This document shows, one piece after another, positions 40,201 to 54,000 of a stretch of 64,000 bases of DNA (positions are counted from its first letter, which is position 1; the number at the start of each line of letters is the position of its first letter). Origin of the DNA: Camelus ferus (taxonomy: Eukaryota); assembly GCF_009834535.1 (NCBI RefSeq), contig NC_045697.1, positions 120,592,001 through 120,656,000 on the forward strand, given 5' to 3'. Position numbers and translations under genes: made by a program. Below the pieces are notes generated by a model that was not told the DNA's origin, did not search any database, and saw only the letters and a program-made list of their open reading frames with translations.

Positions 40201-42052
40201 GTAGAACTCACATGCAGAGATTTTTTTCTGGGAAAACTTTATGATTTTCGAGACTGACATTAGGAAAAATCTGTGAAATCAGGGTAAATACTTCTAGGTG
40301 TATTTATGCCTTGTATGGTGGATGAAAGTTCTGTAATCCACATACACACAACTGAGTAATGAATGATTGTCAAACCGTGATGCATGTAGCGTGTTCAGAA
40401 AATGGAAAGTCACTTTGAGGTAAACTATTTAAATTACTATTCTACTGAGTAGAACTCGCATGAAGAGGTTTTTTCTGGGAAAACTTCATGATTATTTTAA
40501 ACTGAAGTTAGGAAAAAGCTGGGAAAGCAGAGTAAATATTTCTAGGTGTAAATATAGCTTGTATGGTGGTGGAAAGATCAGAAATCCACATGCTCACAAC
40601 TCAGTAATGAATGATATCTTTAATCCAATATGCATGTAACGTGTTATGAACACGGAATGTCACTGGTAAGTGAAATCATTGTAAATTTCATGTCTATTGG
40701 ATAGAACACGATCGAAGAGAATTTTTCTGTGAAAACTGCCTGTATTTTGCAAGTGGCATTAGGACAAATCTGTGAACAGAGAGAAAAACGTCTAGGTGTA
40801 AATATACACTGTTTGGTGGATGAAAGTTTGGTATTCCACATGTTGAGAGCTCATTAAAAAATGTTTGTCCAATCCGTGATCCATGTAGCGTGTTTGGAAC
40901 ACAGAATATCACGGTGATAGAAACTTTGTAAATTACATGTGTATTGGGTAGAAATCGTTCCAAAAGCATTATTCTGTGAAATCTGCCTCAGTTTCAAATC
41001 TGACATTAGGAAAAATCTTCAAAATCTGAGAAAATGCTTCTAAGTGTCAATATGACTTGTTTGGTGGATGAAAGTTTGGTAATAAACACGTTCACAACTC
41101 AATAAAGAATGTTTGTCGAATCAGTGATGCATGTAGCGTGTTCGGAACATGCAATGTCACGGTGAGTGAAAGCATTTAAATTACATGTCCACTTGGTAGA
41201 ACTTGCTCCAAAAGCATTTTTCTGTGAAATCTGCCTCATTTTCCAAACTGGCATTAGGAAAAAATTCGAATTTTGAGAAAATGCTTCTAAGTGCCAATAT
41301 GACTTGTATGGTGATGAAAGTTCAGAAATACACATGCTAACAAATCTGTAGTGAATATTTTTTAAAACCGTGATGCATGCAGTTTTTTCAGAACACAGAA
41401 TTTGACGATGAGGAAATCTATGTAAATTACATGTCTATTGTTTGGGAAAAGTTCCAAGAGTATATTTCTGTGAAAACATCCTGATTTCAGAAAATGAAGT
41501 TAGGAAAAATCTGCATATATTTTGTACATGTTTCTAGCTGTATATACACATTTTATGGTAGATGAAAGTTCAGTAATCCACATGCTAACAACTCAGCAGT
41601 GAATATTTGTCGAACCTGCGGTGCAAGTAGCAAGTTTGAAGCACGGAATTTCACGGCGAGGGACTCTATGTAAATTATATGTCCAATGATTAGAACATGC
41701 TACAAGAGATTTATCCTGCTATAGTTGCCAGATATTCTAAACTGCCATTAAGAAAAAGCTGTGAACTCAGAATAATGTTTTCTCGGTTTATATATGCCTT
41801 ATATGGTGGATGAAAATTCTGTAATCTACATGCACACAACTGAGTAACGAATGTTTGTCAAATCCGTGATGAATTTAGCATGTTCGGACCATGGAAAGTC
41901 ACTTTATGGGGAACTATTGAAATTACAATTCTACTGGGTCGAACTCGCTTGCAGAGATTACTTCTGCAAAAACATCATGATTTTCAAAACAGATGGAAGG
42001 AAAAACTAGTGAAATCAGAGTAAATATTTCTAGGTGCATATAAGTCTCATAT
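34263..42052 (+). repeat. Two HORs with a degraded/shortened P-A junction at ~38.0-38.2 kb
   Basis: 7790 bp versus ~7910 expected. Monomer order is otherwise intact. Confidence 0.82.
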
Positions 42053-45000
42053 GGTGGATGAAAGTTCTGTAATCCACATGCACACAACTGAGTAATTAAC
42101 GTTTGTCAAATCCGTGATGCATGTAGCATGTTCAGAAACTGGAAAGTCGCTTTGAGGGAAACTGCTTAAATTACAATTCCTCTGGATAGAACTCGCTTGA
42201 AGAGTTTTTTTTTCTGAGAAAACTTCATGATTTTAAAACCCGAAGTTAGGAAAAACCTGTGAATGCAGAATAAATATTTCTAGGTGTAAATATGCCTTGT
42301 ATGGTGGATTAAATTTCGGAAATCCACATGCTCTCTAATCAGTAATGAATATTTTATACATCCAATATGCATAGAGCGTGTTCTGAACAGCGAAAGTCAT
42401 GGTAGGTGAAACATTGTAAATTTCATGTCTGTCTGATACAACACGCTCGAAAAGAATTTTTCTGTGAAAACTGCCTGTTTTTTGCAACTGGCATTCAGAC
42501 AAATCTGCAAACACAGGGAAAAATGTCTAGGTGTAAATATGCCGTGTTTTTTGGATGAATGTTCGGTAATAAACACGTTCCCAACTCATTAATCAATGTT
42601 TGTCGAATCCGTGATCCATGTAATGTGTTCGGAACACAGACTATCATGGTAATAGAAACCTTGTAAATTACACATGTATTAGGTAGAACTCGCTCCAAAA
42701 GCATTTATCTGCCAAATCTGCCTCAGTTTCAAAACTGGCATTAGAAAACACTTCGAAATATTAGAAAATGATTCTAAGTGTCAATATGAATTGTATGGTG
42801 GATGAAAGTTCAGTAATCCACATGCTAAAAAATTGTGTACTGAATATTTGTCGAAACTGTTATGCAAGCAGCTTTCTCGGAACACAGAATTTGATGGTGA
42901 GCGAACCTATGTAAATTAAATGTCTATTGTGTAGAACTCTCTCCAAGAGCATTTTTCGGTGAAAACTTCCTCATTTTCGAAACTGGCGTTAGGAAAACTT
43001 TCATAAAATGTGAAAATTCTTGTAAGGGCCATTATGCCTTGTATGGTGGATAAAACTACGCTAATCCACATGCTAACAACTCTGTAGTTAATATTTCTGG
43101 AATCTGAGATGCAACTAGCCTGTTCAGAACACGGAATTTCACGGTGAGCAAATCTTAGTAAATTACAAGTCTCTTGGGTAGAACACGCTCCAAGAGATTT
43201 TTGCTGTGAAATCTGCCGCATTTTCTAAACTGGCGTTTGGAAACTTCTGTGAAATCAGAGAAAATGCTTCTAAGTATCAATATGCCTTTTATTATGCTGA
43301 AAGTTCAGTAATCCACATGCAAACAAATTTGTAGTGAATATATGTCGAATCCGTTATCCATGTTGCGTGTTCGAAAGACGTAATTTCACAGCAATGGAAT
43401 CTATGCAAATTACATGCCTAGTGGGTAGAAATCGGTCCAACAGTTTTTTCCTTATAAAAATGCATAATTTTTAAAACTGCTATTAGGAAATTGCTGCGAA
43501 CTCACAGTTAATGTTTCTAGGTGCAAACATGTCTTGTGTGGTAGATGAAAGTTTGTAAAGCACATGCTTACACTCAATAAAGAATGTTGTAATATCTGTG
43601 AAGCATGTAATGTATTCAGAACACGGAATGTCATGGTAAGTGGAACTCTGTAAATTACAAGTGTATTGGATAGAACTCACTCCAAGAGGATTTTCCTGTG
43701 AAAACTGTCTTATTTTTGAACCTGGCATTAAGGAATATCTGCAAATACTGAGCACATGATTCTAGCTGTATATATACATTGTATGGTAGATTGAAAGTAC
43801 ATTAATCCACATGCTAAACAACTCAGCACTTAATATTTGTCGAACTGCTGTGCATGTAGGCATTTTCGTTAATACGGTAGTCACGGCGAGGAGATCTATG
43901 TAAATTACATGTCTACTGTGTAGAACACTCTACAAGAGAATTATCCTGCAAATTGCCTTAGATATCTAAACGGCAGTTAGGAAAAAGCTGCAAAATCAGA
44001 ATAATATATTTCAAGGTGTATATATGCATTATATGGTGGATGAAAGTTCTGTAATTCACAGGCACACAAACTGACTAATGAATGTTTGTCAAATCCGTGA
44101 ATGCAGGTGTTCGGACCACGGAAAGTCACTTTGTGGGAAAACAATTGAAACTTGCAATTCTAATGGGTAGAACTCACATGCAGAGATTTTTTCTGGGAAA
44201 CCCTTTATGATTTTCGAGACTGAGTTAGGAAAATCTTGTGAAATCAGTGGTAAATATTCTAGGTGTATTTATGCCTTGTATGGTGGATGAAAGTGCTGTA
44301 ATCCACATGCACCAACATGAGTAATGAATGTTTGTCAAATCCGTTGATGCATGTAGCGTGTTCAGAAAATGGAAAGTCCTTGAGGGAACAACTATTTTAA
44401 ATTACTAATTCTACTGGGTAGAACTCGCATGAAGAGGTTTTTTCTGGGAAAAACTTCATGATTTTTGAAACTGAAGTTAGGAAAAAGCTGGGAAAGCAGA
44501 GTAAATATTTCTAGGTGTAAATATACCTTGTATGGTGGTGGAAAGTCAGAAATCCACATGCTCACAACTCAGTAATGAATGATATCTTAATCCAAAATGC
44601 ATGTAACGTGTTATGAACACGGAATATCACGGTAAGTGAATCATTGTAAATTTCATGTCTATTGGATAGAACACGATCGAAGAGAATTTTTCTGTTAAAA
44701 CTGCCTGTATTTTGCAAGTGGCATTAGTACAAATCTGCGAACACAGAGAAAAACGTCTAGGTGTAAATATACAATGTTTTGTGGATGAAAGTTTGGTATT
44801 CCACATGTTGAGGGCTCATTAAAAAATGTTTGTACAATCCGTGATCCATGTAGCGTGTTTGGAACACAGAATATCACGGTGATAGAAACTTTGTAAATTA
44901 CATGTGTATTGGGTAGAAATCGTTCCAAAAGCATTATTCTGTGAAATCTGCCTCAGTTTCAAATCTGACATTAGGAAAAATCTTCAAAATCTGAGAAAAT

Positions 45001-48000
45001 GCTTCTAAGTGTCAATATCACTTGTTTGGTGGATGAAAGTTTGGTAATAAACACGTTCACAACTCAATAAATAATGTTGGTCGAATCAGTGATGCATGTA
45101 GCGTGTTCGGAACATGCAATGTCACGATGAGTGAAAGCATTTAAATTACTTGTCCACTTGGTAGAACTTGCTCCAAAAGCATATTTCTCTGAAATCTGCC
45201 TCATTTTCAAAACTGGCATTAGGAAAAATTCGAATTTTGAGAAAATGCTTCTAAGTGCCAATATGACTTGTATGGTGATGAAAGTTCAGAAATACACATG
45301 CTAAAAAATATCTAGTTAATACTTTTCAAAACCGTGATGCATGCAGTTTTTTCAGAACACAGAATTTGACGATGAGCGAATCTATGTAAATTATATGTCT
45401 ATTGGGTGGAACAAGTTCCAAGAGTATATTTCTTTGAAAACTGCCTGATTTCAGAAACTGACTTTAGGAAAAATCTGCATATACTTTGTACATGTTTCCA
45501 GCAGTATATATACATTTATGGTAGATGAAAGTTCAGTAATCCACATGTTAACAACTCAGCAGTGAATATTTGTCGTACCTGCGGTGCAAGTAGCAAGTTT
45601 GAAGCACGGAATTTCACGGCGACGGACTCTATGTAAATTATATGTCTAATGTGTAAAACATGCTACAAGACATTTATCCAGCTATAGTTGCCTGATTTTC
45701 TAAACTGCCATTAGGAAAAAGCTGCGAACTCAGAATAATGTTTTCTAGGTTTATATATGCCTTATATGGTGGATGAAAGTTCTGTAATCTACATGCACAC
45801 AACTGAGTAACGAATGTTTGTCAAATCCGTGATGAATTTCGAATGTTCGTACCATGGAAAGTCACATTGTGGGTACCTATTGAAATTACAATTCTACTGG
45901 GTCGAAATCGCTTGCAGAGATTACTTCTGCAAAAACATCATGATTTTCAAAACAGACGGTAGGAAAAAGTAGTGAAATCAGAGTAAATATTTCTAGGTGT
46001 ATATGTGTCTCATATGGTGGATGAAAGTTCTGTAATCCACATGCACACAACTGAGTAATTAACGTTTGTCAAATCCGGGATGCATGTAGCATGTTCAGAA
46101 AACGGAATGTCGCTTTGAGCGAAACTGCTTAAATTACAATTCTTCTGGATAGAACTCGCTTGAAGAGGTTTTTTCCTGAGAAAACTTCATGATTTTAAAA
46201 CCTGAAGTTAGGAAAAAGCTGTGAAAGCAGAGTAAATGTTTCTAGGTGTAAATATGCCTTGTATGGTGGATTAAATTTCGGAAATCCACATGCTCTCTAA
46301 TCAGTAATGAATGTTTTATAAATCCATTATGCATAGAGCGTGTTCTGAACTAGGAATGTCATGGTAGGTGAATCATTGTAAATTTCATGTCTGTCTGATA
46401 GAACACGCTCGAAGAGAATTTTTCTGTGAAAACTGTCTGTTTTTTGCAACTGGCATTGGGACAAATCTTCAAACACAGAGAAAAACTTCTAGGTGTAAAT
46501 ATGCCGTGTTTGTTGAATGAATGTTCGGTAATCAACACGATCCCAACTCATTAATCAATGTTTGTCGAATCCGTGATCTATGTAATGTGCTCGGAACACA
46601 GACTATCACGGTAATAGAAACCTTGCAATTTACACATGTATTAGGTAGAATTCGCTCCAAAAGCATTTACCTGCGAAATCTGCCTCATTTTCAAAACTGG
46701 CATAAGATAAACACTTCGAAATCTGAGAAAATGATTCTAAGTGTCAATATGAATTGTATGGTGGATGAAAGTTCAGTAATCCACATTCTAAAAAATTCTG
46801 TACTGAATATTTGTCGAAACAGTTATGCATGCAGCTTTCTCGGAACACAGAATTTGACGGTGAGCGAACCTATGTAAATTAAATATCTATTGTGTAGAAC
46901 TCCCTCCAAGAGCATTTTTCGGTGAATACTGCCTCATTGTCGAAACTGGCGTTAGGAAAACATTCAAAAAATGAGAAAATGCTTGTAAGCGCCATTATGC
47001 CTTGTATGGTGGATAAAACTAAGGTAATCCACTTGCTAACAACTCTGTAGTTAATATTTGTGGAATCCGAGATGCATGTAGCATGTTCAGAACACGGAAT
47101 TTCACGGTGAGCGAATATTTGTAAATTACAAGTCTCTTGGGTAGAACTCGTTCCAAGTGCTTTTTGCTGCGAAATCTGCCGCATTTTCTAAACTGGCGTT
47201 TGCAAACTTCTGTGAAATCAGAGAAAATGCTTCTAAGTATCAATATGAATTTTATTATGCTGAAAGTTCGGTAATCCACATGCAAACACATTTGTAGTGA
47301 ATATATGTCGAATCCGTTATGCATGTAGTGTGTTCGAAAGACATAATTTCACAGCAATGGAATCTATGCAAATTACATGCCTAGTGGGTAGAAATCGCTC
47401 CAACAGTTTTTTTCCTTAGAAAAATGCCTAATTTTCAAAACTGCTATTAGGAAATTGCTGCGAACCCAGAGTTAATATTTCTAGGTGCAAATATGTCTTC
47501 TGCGGTAGATGAAGTTTGTAATGCACATGCTTACACTCAATATAGAATGTTGTAGAATCTGTGATGCATGTAATGTATTCAGAACACGGAATGTCATGGT
47601 AAGTGTAACTATGTAAATTACAAGTCTATTGGATAGAACTCACTCCAATAGGATTTTTCTGTGAAAAATGTCTTATTTTCGAACCTGGCTTTAGGAATAT
47701 CTGCAAATACTGAGTACATGTTTCCAGCTGTATATATACATTTTATGGTAGTTGAAAGTACATTAATCCACATACTAACAACTCAGCACTTACAATTTGT
47801 CGAACTGCGGTGCATGTAGCATGTTCGAAGTACGGTAAGTCACGGCGAGGAGATCTATGTAAATTACATGTCTAGTGTGTAGAACACTCTACAAGAGAAT
47901 TATCCTGCAAAGTTGCCTTATATACTAAAGTGCAGCTAGGAAAAAGCTGCAAAATCATTGTAATATATTCAATGCGTATATATGCATTATATGTTGGATG

Positions 48001-49965
48001 AAAGTTCTGTAATTCACAGGCACATAACTGACTAATGAATGTTTGTCAAATCCGTGGTGAATGCAGTGTGTTTAGACCACGGAAAGTCACTTTGTTGGAA
48101 ACAATTGAAATTGCAATTCTAATGGGTAGAACTCACATGCAGAGATATTTTCTGGGAAAACTTTATGATTTTCGAGACTGACGTTAGGGAAAATCTGTGA
48201 AATTAGGGTAAATATTTCTAGGTGTATTTATGCCTTGTATGGTGGATGAAAGTGCTGTAATCCACATGCACACAACTGAGTAATGAATGTTTGTCAAATC
48301 CTGATGCATGTAGCGTGTATAGAAAATGGAAAGTCACATTGAGGGAAACTATTTAAATTACAATTCTACTGGGTTAGAACTAGCATGAAGAGGTTTTTTT
48401 CTGCGAAAACTTCATGATTTTTGAAACTGAAGTAGGAAAAAGCTTGGAAAGCAGAGTAAATATTTCTAGGTGTTAATATACCTTGTATGGTGGTGGAAAG
48501 TTTAGAAATCCACATGCTCACAACTCAGTAATGAATGATTTCTAAATCCAATATGCATGTAGCGTTTATGAACACGGAATGTCATGGTAAGTGAAACATT
48601 GTAAATTTCATGTCTATTGGATAGAACACGATCGAAGAGTATTTTTCTGTGAAAACTGCCTGTATTTTGCAAGTGGCATTAGGACAAATCTGTGAACAGA
48701 GAGAAAAATATCTAGGTGTAAATATGCAGTGTTTGGTGGATGAAAGTTTGGTATTCCACATGTTCACAGCTCATTAAAAAATGTTTGTCCAATCCGTGAT
48801 CCATGTAGCGTGTTGGGAACACAGAATATCACGGTGATCGAAACTTTGTAAATTACATCTGTATTCGGTAGAACTCGTTCCAAAAGCATTATTATGTGAA
48901 ATCTGCCTCATTTTCAAATCTGATATTAGGAAAACACGTCAAAATCTGAGAAAATGCTTCTAACTGTCAATATGACTTGTAAGGTGGATGAAAGTTTGGT
49001 AATAAACACGTTCACAACTCAATAAATAATGTTTGTTGAATCAGTGATGCATGAAGCGTGTTCGGAACATGCAATGTCACGGTGAGTGAAAGCATTTAAA
49101 TTACATGTCCACTTGGTAGAACTTGCTGCAAAAGCATTTTTCTGTGAAATCTGCCTCATTTTCCAAACTGGCATTAGGAAAAAATTCGAATTTTGAGAAA
49201 ATGCTTCTAAGTGCCAATATGACTTGTATGGTGATGAAAGTTCAGAAATACACATGCTAACAAACTGTAGTGAATACTTTTTAAAACCGTGATGCATGCA
49301 GTTTTTTTCAGAGACACAATTTGACGATGAGCAAATCTATGTAAATTACATGTCTATTGTTTGGAACAAGTTCCAAGAGTATATTCTGTGAAAACAGCCT
49401 GATTTCAGAAACTGACGTTAGGAAAAATCTGCATATACTTTCTACATGTTTCTAGCTGTATATACACATTTTATGGTAGATGAAAGTTCAGTAATCCACA
49501 TGCTAACAACACAGCAGTGAATATTTGTCGAACCTGCGTTGCAAGTAGCAAGTTTGAAGCCGGAATTTCATGGCGAGGGACTCTATGTAAATTAAATGTC
49601 CAATGTTTAGAACATGCAACAAGAGATTTATCCTGCTATAGTTGCCAGATATTCAAAACTGCCATTAAGAAAAAGCTGTGAACTCAGAATAATGTTTTCT
49701 AGGTTTATATATGCCTTATATGGTGGATGAAAATTCTGTAATCTACATGCACACAACTGAGTAACGAATGTTTGTCAAATCCGTGGTGAATTTAGCATGT
49801 TCGGACCATGGAAAGTCACTTTATGGGGAACTATTGAAATTACAATTCTAATGGGTCGAACACGCTTGCAGAGATTACTTCTGCAAAAACATCATGATTT
49901 TCAAAAGAGGTAGGAAAAGTAGTGAAATCAGAGTAAATATTTCTAGGTGTATATGTGTCTCATAT
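42053..49965 (+). repeat. Two 16-mer HORs (alpha then beta)
   Basis: A at 42053, 46016, 49966. Matches 10.2-17.9 kb at an offset of ~31.84 kb (near-identical ORFs 14675/46521, 16738/48582, 15174/47019). Confidence 0.87.
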
Positions 49966-50905
49966 GGTGGATGAAAGTTTGTAATCCACATGCACACAGC
50001 TGAGTATTAACGTTTGTCAAATCCGTGATTGCATGTAGCAGTTCAGAAACTGGAAAGTCGCTTGAGGGAAACTGCTTAAATTATATTCCTCTGGATAGAA
50101 CTCGTTGAAGCGAATTTTTTTGAGAATACTTCATGATTTTAAAACCTGAAGTTAGGAAAAGCTGTGTGAAAGCAGAATAAATATTTCTAGGTATAAATAA
50201 GCTTGTATGGTGGATTAAATTTCGGAAATCCACATGCTCTCTAATCAGTAAAGAATGTGTATACATCCCAATATGCATGACCGTGTTCTGAACAGGGAAT
50301 GTCATGGAAGGTGAAACATTGTAAATTCATGTCTGTCTGATAGAACACGCTCGAAGAGAATTTTTTGTGAAAAACTGCCTGTTTTTTGCAACTGGCATTC
50401 GGACAAATCGGCAAACACAGAAAAAAATTAACTAGGTGTAAATATGCCGTGTTTGTGAATGAATGTTCGGTAATCAACACGTTCCCAACTCATTAATCAA
50501 TGTTGTCGAATCCGTGATCCATGTAATGTGTTCGGAAACACAGACTATCACGGTAATAGAAACTTGCCAAATTACACATTATTAGGTAGAACTCGCTCCA
50601 AAAGGATTATTTGCGAAATCTGCCTCATTTTCAAAATGGCATTAGAAAAACACTTCGAAATCTGAGAAATGATTCTAAGTGTCAATATGAATTGTATGGT
50701 GGATGAAAGGTACAGTAATCACATGCTAAAAAATTCGAATATTTGTCGAAAACAATTATGCATGCAGCTTTTCGGAACAGAATTTGACGGTGAGCGAACT
50801 ATGTAAATAAAGTCTATTGTGTAGAACTCTCTCCAAGCAGCATTTTTCGGTGAAAAACTGCCTCATTGTCGAAACTGGCGTTAGGAAACTTTCAAAAAAA
50901 TGAGG

Positions 50906-51005
50906 NNNNNNNNNNNNNNNNNNNNNNNNNNNNNNNNNNNNNNNNNNNNNNNNNNNNNNNNNNNNNNNNNNNNNNNNNNNNNNNNNNNNNNNNNNNNNNN
51001 NNNNN
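50906..51005. other. Assembly gap (exactly 100 N)
   Basis: Run of 100 N. The left flank ends in monomer D and the right flank resumes inside monomer L in the same orientation. Both flanks are indel-rich. Confidence 0.99.
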
Positions 51006-54000
51006 CAGCTCATTAAAAAATGTTTGTCCAATCCGTGATCCTGTAGCATGTTTCGGAACACAGAATATCACGGTGATTAGAAACTTTGTAATTACATGTA
51101 TTGGGTAGAACTCGATTCAAAACTTTTTCTTTCTGTTAAATCTGCCTCATTTCAAATCTGACATTAGGAAAACACTTCAAAATCTGAGAAATGCTTCTAA
51201 GTTCAATATGACTTTGTTGGTGGATGAAATTTGGTAATACACACGTCACACACTCAATAAGAATGTTGTCGAATCAGTGATGCAGTAGCGTTCGGACATG
51301 CAATGCACGGTGAGTGAAAGCAATTAATTACATTGTCCACTTGGTAGAACTTGCCCAAAAGCATTTCTCTGTGAAAATCTGCCTCATTTCCAAAACTGGT
51401 CATTAGAAAATTCGAATTTTGAGAAAATCTTTCTAAGTGCCATATGACTTGTATGGTGATGAAAGTTCAGAAATACACATGCTAACAAATCTCTAGTTAA
51501 TACTTTTCAAAACCGGTGATGCATGCAGTTTTTCAGAACACAGAATTTGACGATGAGCGAATCTATGTAAATTACATGTCTATTGGGTGGACAAGTTCCA
51601 AGACTATATTTCTTTGAAAACTGCCTGATTTCAGAAACTGACGTTAGGAAAAATCTGCATATACTTTGTACATGTTTCCAGCTGTATATATACATTTATG
51701 GTAGATGAAAGTTTCAGTAATCCACATGCTAACAACTCAGCAGTGAATATTTGTTGAACCTGCGGTGCAAGTAGCAAGTTTGAAGCACGGAATTTCACGG
51801 CGACGGGACTCTATGTAAATTATATGTCTAATGTGTAAAACATGCTACAAGACATTTATTCAGCTATAGTTGCCTGATTTTCTAAACTGCCATTAGGAAA
51901 AAGCTGCGAACTCAGAATAATATTTTCTAGGTTTATAAATGCCTTATATGGTGGATGAAAATTCTGTAATCTACATGCACACAACTGAGTAACGAATGTT
52001 TGTCAAATCCGTGATGAATTTAGCATGTTCGGACCATGGAAAGTCACTTTATGGGAAACTATTGAAATTACAATTCTACTGGTTCGAACTCACTTGCAGA
52101 GATTACTTCTGCAAAAACATCATGATTTTCAAAACAGACGGTAGGAAAAAGTAGTGAAATCAGAGTAAATATTTCTAGGTGTATATGTGTCTCATATGGT
52201 GGATGAAAGTTCTGTAATCCACATGCACACAACTGAGTAATTAACGTTTGTCAAATCCGTGATGCATGTAGCATGTTCAGAAAACGGAAAGTCGCTTTGA
52301 GGGAAACTGCTTAAATTACAATTCCTCTGGATAGAACTCGCTTGAAGAGGTTTTTTCCTGAGAAAACTTCATGATTTTAAAACCTGAAGTTAGGAAAAAG
52401 CTGTGAAAGCAGAGTAAATATTTCTAGGTGTAAATATGCCTTGTTTGGTGGATTAAATTTCGGAAATCCACATGCTCTCTAATCAGTAATGAATGTTTTA
52501 TAAATCCATTATGCATAGAGCGTGTTCTGAACAAGGAATGTCATGGTAGGTGAATCATTGTAAATTTCATGTCTGTCTGATAGAACACGCTCGAAGAGAA
52601 TTTTTCTGTGAAAACTGCCTGTTTTTTGCAACTGGCATTCGGACAAATCTGCAAACACAGAGAAAAACTTCTAGGTGTAAATATGCCGTGTTTGTTGAAT
52701 GAATGTTCGGTAATCAACACGTTCCCAACTCATTAATCAATGTTTGTCGAATCCGTGATCCATGTAATGTGTTCGGAACACAGACTATCAAGGTAATAGA
52801 AAACTTGCAAATTACACATGTATTAGGTAGAACTCGCTCCAAAAGCATTTACCTGCGAAATCTGCCTCATTTTCAAAACTGGCATAAGAAAAACACTTCG
52901 AAATCTGAGAAAATGATTCTAAGTGTCAATATGAATTGTATGGTGGATGAAGTTCAGTAATCCACATGCTAAAAAATTCTGTACTGAATATTTGTCGAAA
53001 CAGTTATGCATGCAGCTTTCTCGGAACACAGAATTTGACGGTGAGCGAACCTATGTAAATTAAATATCTATTGTGTAGAACTCTCTCCAAGAGCATTTTT
53101 CGGTGAATACTGCCTCATTTTCGAAACTGGCATTAGGAAAAAGTTTCAAAAAATTAGAAAATGCTTGTAAGCGCCATTATGCCTTGTATGGTGGATAAAA
53201 CTACGGTAATCCACATGCTAACAACTCTGTAGTTAATACTTCTGGAATCCGAGATGCATGTAGCCTGTTCAGAACACGGAATTTCACGGTGAGCACATTT
53301 TTGTAAATTACAAGTCTCTTGGGTAGAACTAGCTCCAAGAAATTTTTGCTTCGAAATCTGCCGTATTTTCAAAACTGGCGTTTGGAAACATATGTGAAAT
53401 CAGAGAAAATGCTTCTAAGTATCAATATGCCTTTTATTATGCTGAAAGTTCTGTAATCCACATGCAAACATATTTGTAGTGAATATATGTCGAATCCGTT
53501 ATGCATGTAGCGTGTTCGAAAGACGTAATTTCACAGCAATGGAATCTATGTAAATTACATGCCTAGTGGGTAGAAATCGCTCCAACAGTTTTTTCCTTAG
53601 AAAAATGCCTAATTTTCAAAACTGCTATTAGGAAATTGCTGCGAACTCAGAGTAAATGTTTCTAGGTGCAAATATGTCTTGTGTGGTAGATGAAAGTTTG
53701 TAATGCACATGCTTACACTCAATAAAGTATGTTGTAGAATCTGTGATACATGTAATGTATTCAGAACACGGAATGTCATGGTAAGTGATACTATGTAAAT
53801 TACAAGTCTATTAGATAGAACTCACTCCAATAGGATTTTTCTGTGAAAAATGTCTTATTTTCGAACCTGGCTTTAGGAATATCTGCAAATACTGAGTACA
53901 TGTTTCCAGCTGTATATATACATTTTATGGTAGTTGAAAGTACATTAATCCACATACTAACAACTCAGCACTTACAATTTGTCGAACTGCGGTGCATGTA

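Larger units (their letters stand above)
808..50905 (+). repeat. Tandem satellite array, ~247-bp monomer, organised as a ~3.96-kb 16-monomer higher-order repeat with structural variants
   Basis: The conserved box GGTGGATGAAAG and its variants recur every ~247 bp (823, 1072, 1320, 1567, 1816, 2063, 2311...). The same monomer type recurs about 3.95-3.97 kb apart (type A at 10213, 14170; 17881, 21834, 25800; 30310, 34263; 42053, 46016, 49966). Confidence 0.98.

Noticed and set aside
49900..51500. Apparently more diverged monomers flanking the second gap
   Set aside because: The differences are mostly 1-bp indels increasing toward the contig ends, typical of low-coverage long-read error rather than an older satellite layer. 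The D-to-L jump across the gap is uninformative because the gap size is a placeholder.
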